The position numbers and the translations under genes were made by a program. A stretch of 64,000 nt of DNA from Selaginella moellendorffii (taxonomy: Eukaryota > Plantae > Lycopodiophyta), in assembly GCF_000143415.4 (NCBI RefSeq), contig NW_003314265.1:16850-80849 (forward strand). The letters run 5' to 3'. How positions within the stretch are numbered: the stretch's first letter is position 1; every line of letters starts with the position of its first letter. Shown in pieces: positions 59,898 through 64,000 of the stretch. Under the pieces are notes generated by a model. It had not been told where the DNA came from, did not search any database, and was given only the letters and a program-made list of their open reading frames with translations.

Positions 59898-61703
59898 TTA
59901 AGAGCTTACTGGAATGTCAACTGGTGGTACTGGAATGTCGTCTCTTATGAGGTCCTCCGTTGAGAATTCCTCGATCGCCGGTGGAAAGAGATGATCTCTG
60001 CTGTGCTTCGACTTGGTCTCCCGGCCAAGGAACCGGGTGTATTCATAATCGATAGTGGGAAGGAGTAAAAACCGGGCTTGAAGATCTTGAGGAACCACTA
60101 CGGGATGCCCAACGCACTGTCTATAAGCGCGCCACATCACTGTGTCCGGTGGCTTTGCGAGATCGTAGTCCACTGGCCGCATGTTCATCAGCCATCCCTT
60201 TTCGTCGGGGACCAACCTGCATCACAGAGATTTAAATCTATGTATTGGAGATCATGGAAGATATTACGAACCACATGGCTTCCACNNNNNNNNNNNNNNN
60301 NNNNNNNNNNNNNNNNNNNNNNNNNNNNNNNNNNNNNNNNNNNNNNNNNNNNNNNNNNNNNNNNNNNNNNNNNNNNNNNNNNNNNGCTTACACGTCAAGT
60401 TGTGGTCGTAATAGATTCGGAGTTCGTAGCGTCCAAGCCAGATGCGAGCATGCTGCGTGCAAGTCGAGATGGCATGATAGTGCGGCAACACAGACAACGG
60501 TGGCCTCTCGATAGCAAGCGATCGCAGGAGCTTGTTGTTGTGGATCCCTTCGAGCAGCAGTACCAGTTCCTTGACCCGCAGAGGTGCAGATTCTACGGAG
60601 TCCACTTCAACATACGGGTGAGGCGGCCGGACTCGATGTCCCGCAAGCTGCAAGTAAACCAGTTTTACTTGGTCTTGTCGAGCTCGGTCCCGTACAAGCG
60701 ATCTCATGTTCCACCCCTGTATGGAAAGAGTACGAAGAGAGCTCAAGGATTTCAAGGGCTGAGTTACTCACCAGATTTTCCACTGGGAGAAAACTGAAGA
60801 AGTCGCACATTACAACTTTGAACACCAAGTTCAGTAGCTTTGGCACTTTCCCCGTAAACGTGGTACTCAAAGGGGACATTTTGATGCTCCACTTCTCCTC
60901 CGCCTCCCCTTTGCATCGCCCTGCAACTGTTGTTGACAAGAGAAACCAAGAAAAAAAGACTTCTTACATCTGAATTCACCATTGCAAGGCTTGCGGTAAG
61001 GCTCTGCCGGCAAGAGATCCATATCAATAACGTTGCGCGCCACCTCAGTGGAACTCACTGTAAGACGACGTAACGAAACGAGAAAACTTTGGTCCCAATA
61101 CAAACCTTCGATGTTCCTGTCCTTGGAAAACTCGCTCCACAAACGCTCCAGGTGCTCCGTCACCTCCTCATCTTGCTTCGACGCGTCTAGCGAGGCAAGG
61201 CTTGTAAGTCCATTCCGCGAGAGCAGCACGCGGCGAGCGAAATCAACCATGCAGTCCATCTGCGCTCGCGCGCCATCCCAACCCAGCGTCGCAGCACACG
61301 CGCTCCTCTGGGCATCGGAGAGGCGGGCGATGTAGCAGAGTGCCAGCACCAGGAACAGCGTCTCGTCCGGATCAGAGGGATGCCATCTCGAAAGAATGGC
61401 ATCTAAGCATGCGCTTTCGTGCTCGTCCAGCGCCGCTGCCTCCTCTTCATGCGGCCGAGCTGCTCTGGAGACGAACCTGGACACCGCCTGAGCATAACCA
61501 ACATCCCTTGAGATGAAGTTCCTGACAACATCGTCAAACCCTTCCCCTGGTTTCAAGATCTCGGTTGCCTTGGGGACAGGGCGATAGATGGGTAGCGTGG
61601 TACGCCTCAGATCGGCAGATAAACTGCCCAGCAACGGAGATAAACGACACAGCGACGGCAGTGGAGAAAAACTACCTAGCGACCAGAGATTTCTGGAAAG
61701 CAT
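59898..61703 (-). CDS. Uncharacterised lineage-specific gene (or pseudogene) spanning an assembly gap
   Basis: GC-balanced ORFs 60867-61703, 60264-60755 and 59898-60215 on the same strand with plausible introns; no family recognised. Confidence 0.45.
60286..60385. other. Assembly gap (100 N)
   Basis: Run of N. Confidence 1.
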
Positions 61704-62109
61704 CCTGTAAATTATATATCGTGTAAAATTTAAAATAGTGAATACAAAGATAATTAATTCTATATAATGTTATATAATTATTAATTTATATAATTTTATA
61801 ATTTTATAAAAGTATAGAAATGTTTAGGTTTCTGCAACAATTCAATTTGAACAGTATTTTGAGTTTTCTTTTGTTAATTTCATAATATGGAATTTATTTA
61901 AAATGTTTAATACTATTGACATTAAGAAATAATGTTTAGTTTTATTTTTCAAGTTTCTAAAACTGTTTATTGATTGTACAAATAAAATATCTATATGAAT
62001 GCTTTGCCCTGATTGCAAAGAGTAATGGTCTTTATGAACTCTGCTAGTAATATTTTAGAGTCTAAAATGTTTTTGCCATTACTATTACCTGCTTAAGCAT
62101 AACCCCAAT

Positions 62110-62290
62110 ATTCTCTTGAGATGAAGTTCCTAACAACATCATCAAACTTCCCCTGGTTTTAAAATCTTAGTTGCCTTGGGGACAAGGTGATAGATGGTAT
62201 GCCTCAGATCCACAAATAAACTGCTTAGTAATGGAGATAAATGGCAGTAGTGAAGAAAAACTACCTAGTGGAGAGAGATTTCTACAAAAA
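62110..62290 (-). pseudogene. Decayed duplicate of the 5' end of the 59898-61703 gene
   Basis: Colinear with 61505-61695 (cttgagatgaagttcct...aaaaactacctag), differing mainly by C>T and G>A changes. Confidence 0.9.
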
Positions 62291-63474
62291 AAAACCTAGA
62301 AAACCTGGAAAGCATTGCTGTATGGTGTCCCAATACTCATGTCCTTGTTAACACAAGAAAATGATATTATATAAAACTTATATATATATAAAATTAATTG
62401 CAATGTTAAGAAAAATATTGGATGAATAAAAAAATATTTATCATATTGTGATTATATAAGATTTATTTTCATCATAGTTTAATTCATCCAAGAATATTAT
62501 TAAGGGTTTTAGCATGTAATTAACTTAGAGGAAAGTTATGGTTGCATTAAAACTACCAAACCTTTCATACCTATATTAAACAAGCTCTATCTTAATCTAA
62601 ATTTAGGGTATATAAAAGATATAAAATATTTTTATAGCCAAATATATACCTCTATAAGAGAATCTTTTTTCTCATATAAAGAAAAATAAAACTCTAGGAA
62701 GTTTTCATCATATTTATTAGTTGAGTTTATAATGCTTTTATATTAGAGCCACTATAGTTTATAAAATACCATTGCAACAAATAATACATCCCATTTCTAA
62801 GTCTGCCTATTAATGATTCTTTAAGACCACCATTAACTCAAACTTACAATTATAAGTAGAATTTGCTTTTGCATCTTCCCTTCGATCAATATCTTGTAAG
62901 TTCTTGAATTTAGACTTCCTACAAAATCATCTAACCTGCTTAACCTTAAGTATCCCAAATTTTTTAATCAATTAGTAAAGAAGGTGCACTTTTATTCATG
63001 GGTCTTTACTTTTATTCATGGGCCCTTTCCTTTTATATTTAAATTTTGTGGATTATTTTTTAAATTGTTCTCTTTAGTTATTTACACATTCAAAACCTAT
63101 GTTAACTTAAACTCAAGACCATCATTCTCATCCAACACCACATATGAAAAATCAAACTCACTTTATTTGTCTTCTATATCTTCTTTATCCTCTCCTAGAA
63201 GGAATTTTTTTTTAAGCATTAACTCAATTTTGATTTATTATGTTTATCCTCACTTTACTATCTATGTTTGGCCTCACTCCCTATCACTTGGCTTCACTAT
63301 ATTAGGGTTAGATGTTCTTTTTGGACTTGTTATATTTGTTCTCACTTTACAATTTATATCATTTATTCTTACTTTATTATTATATTCGCTCATTTTCACT
63401 TTTGTCCATCCCCTCATCCTTCTCCTCTAAAGTATAAAGTAGATAATTTAATGTTATTTTTTTTTCCCAATCTT

Positions 63475-63635
63475 ATGGTACATGGTTTGTCTAAAGATTT
63501 CCTTGCTCAGTGGAAAGGACCATACAAAGTGTTATAGCATGTTAGATCACAAATTTATAAGGTTTGGCATGATGTTTAACAAATCAATCCTTTAGAAATT
63601 ATGCATATGCAACAGTTAAAATGTTTTATACAAAG
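63475..63635 (+). mobile_element. Ty3/Gypsy integrase C-terminal GPY/F fragment
   Basis: GLSKDFLAQWKGPYKVL*HV..IYKV...MHMQQLKCF matches KLxxxWxGPYxV...Y...HVxxLK. Confidence 0.75.
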
Positions 63636-63854
63636 GGATCATGAATAATTAATACCGCCTACAAATCATTAGTGTCTCCTTTTGATGTTCTTTTATATTT
63701 TAGCCCATTAACTAATAGTTACAATACTGTATATTAATATTAGCATAGTGGGATTTTAATAGCTGTTGATTGGTTTTAATTTGAACCACTCACTTTATAT
63801 ATAGAGTTTCTAGGCTAATATCTCCACTTAGAATTTACAAAGTGAATCAAAACA

Positions 63855-64000
63855 TGTGTGTGTCTCTATGTATGTGTGTGTGTATATATATATGTATATA
63901 TATGTATGTATATGTATGTATATGTATGTATATGTATATATATGTATATGTATGTATATGTATATATATATATATATGTATATATGTATATATATGTATA
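63855..64000. repeat. (TA)n/(TATG)n microsatellite
   Basis: Visible directly. Confidence 0.95.

Noticed and set aside
62984-63430. 148-aa hydrophobic ORF
   Set aside because: Low-complexity T-rich decayed repeat sequence with no ATG start and no motifs.

Overview
Compact, intron-rich eukaryotic nuclear DNA with mostly 45-70 bp introns, GC-rich exons and one 100-N assembly gap. Gene content and organisation fit a non-seed land plant, most likely the lycophyte Selaginella (my inference). Recognisable genes in order: GUF1/EF4, an At1g33420-type PHD finger, an intronless TPR+SET gene, a CYP450 pseudogene, tRNA-Ala, an AAA+ ATPase, an R2R3-MYB, COG8, SRP72, glucosidase II alpha, an ATXR7/SDG25-like H3K4 methyltransferase, TOUSLED kinase, LpxB, an alpha/beta-hydrolase-like gene, an At4g22758-like gene, an MMD1/MS1-like PHD finger, two tandem tRNA-Arg genes, proteasome alpha4 (PAD), an nsLTP-like gene and an AIM24-family gene. 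AT-rich blocks hold heavily C>T/G>A-decayed transposon relics. The main unexplained structure is a complete 7.3-kb DNA transposon at 16802-24124 that the ORF track misses. It has TATGG...CCATA terminal inverted repeats, a 5-bp ATTAG target-site duplication, an intron-containing IS3/integrase-type DDE transposase relic and an apparent HECT-like E3-ligase cargo gene, which looks like an IS3EU-type element in a land plant. Other notable items are a retrotransposon-gag-like zinc knuckle inside the ATXR7-like gene, a ~770-bp near-perfect foldback, and tRNAs sitting immediately 3' of a protein-coding stop codon. All family assignments come from motif recognition by eye; no searches were run.
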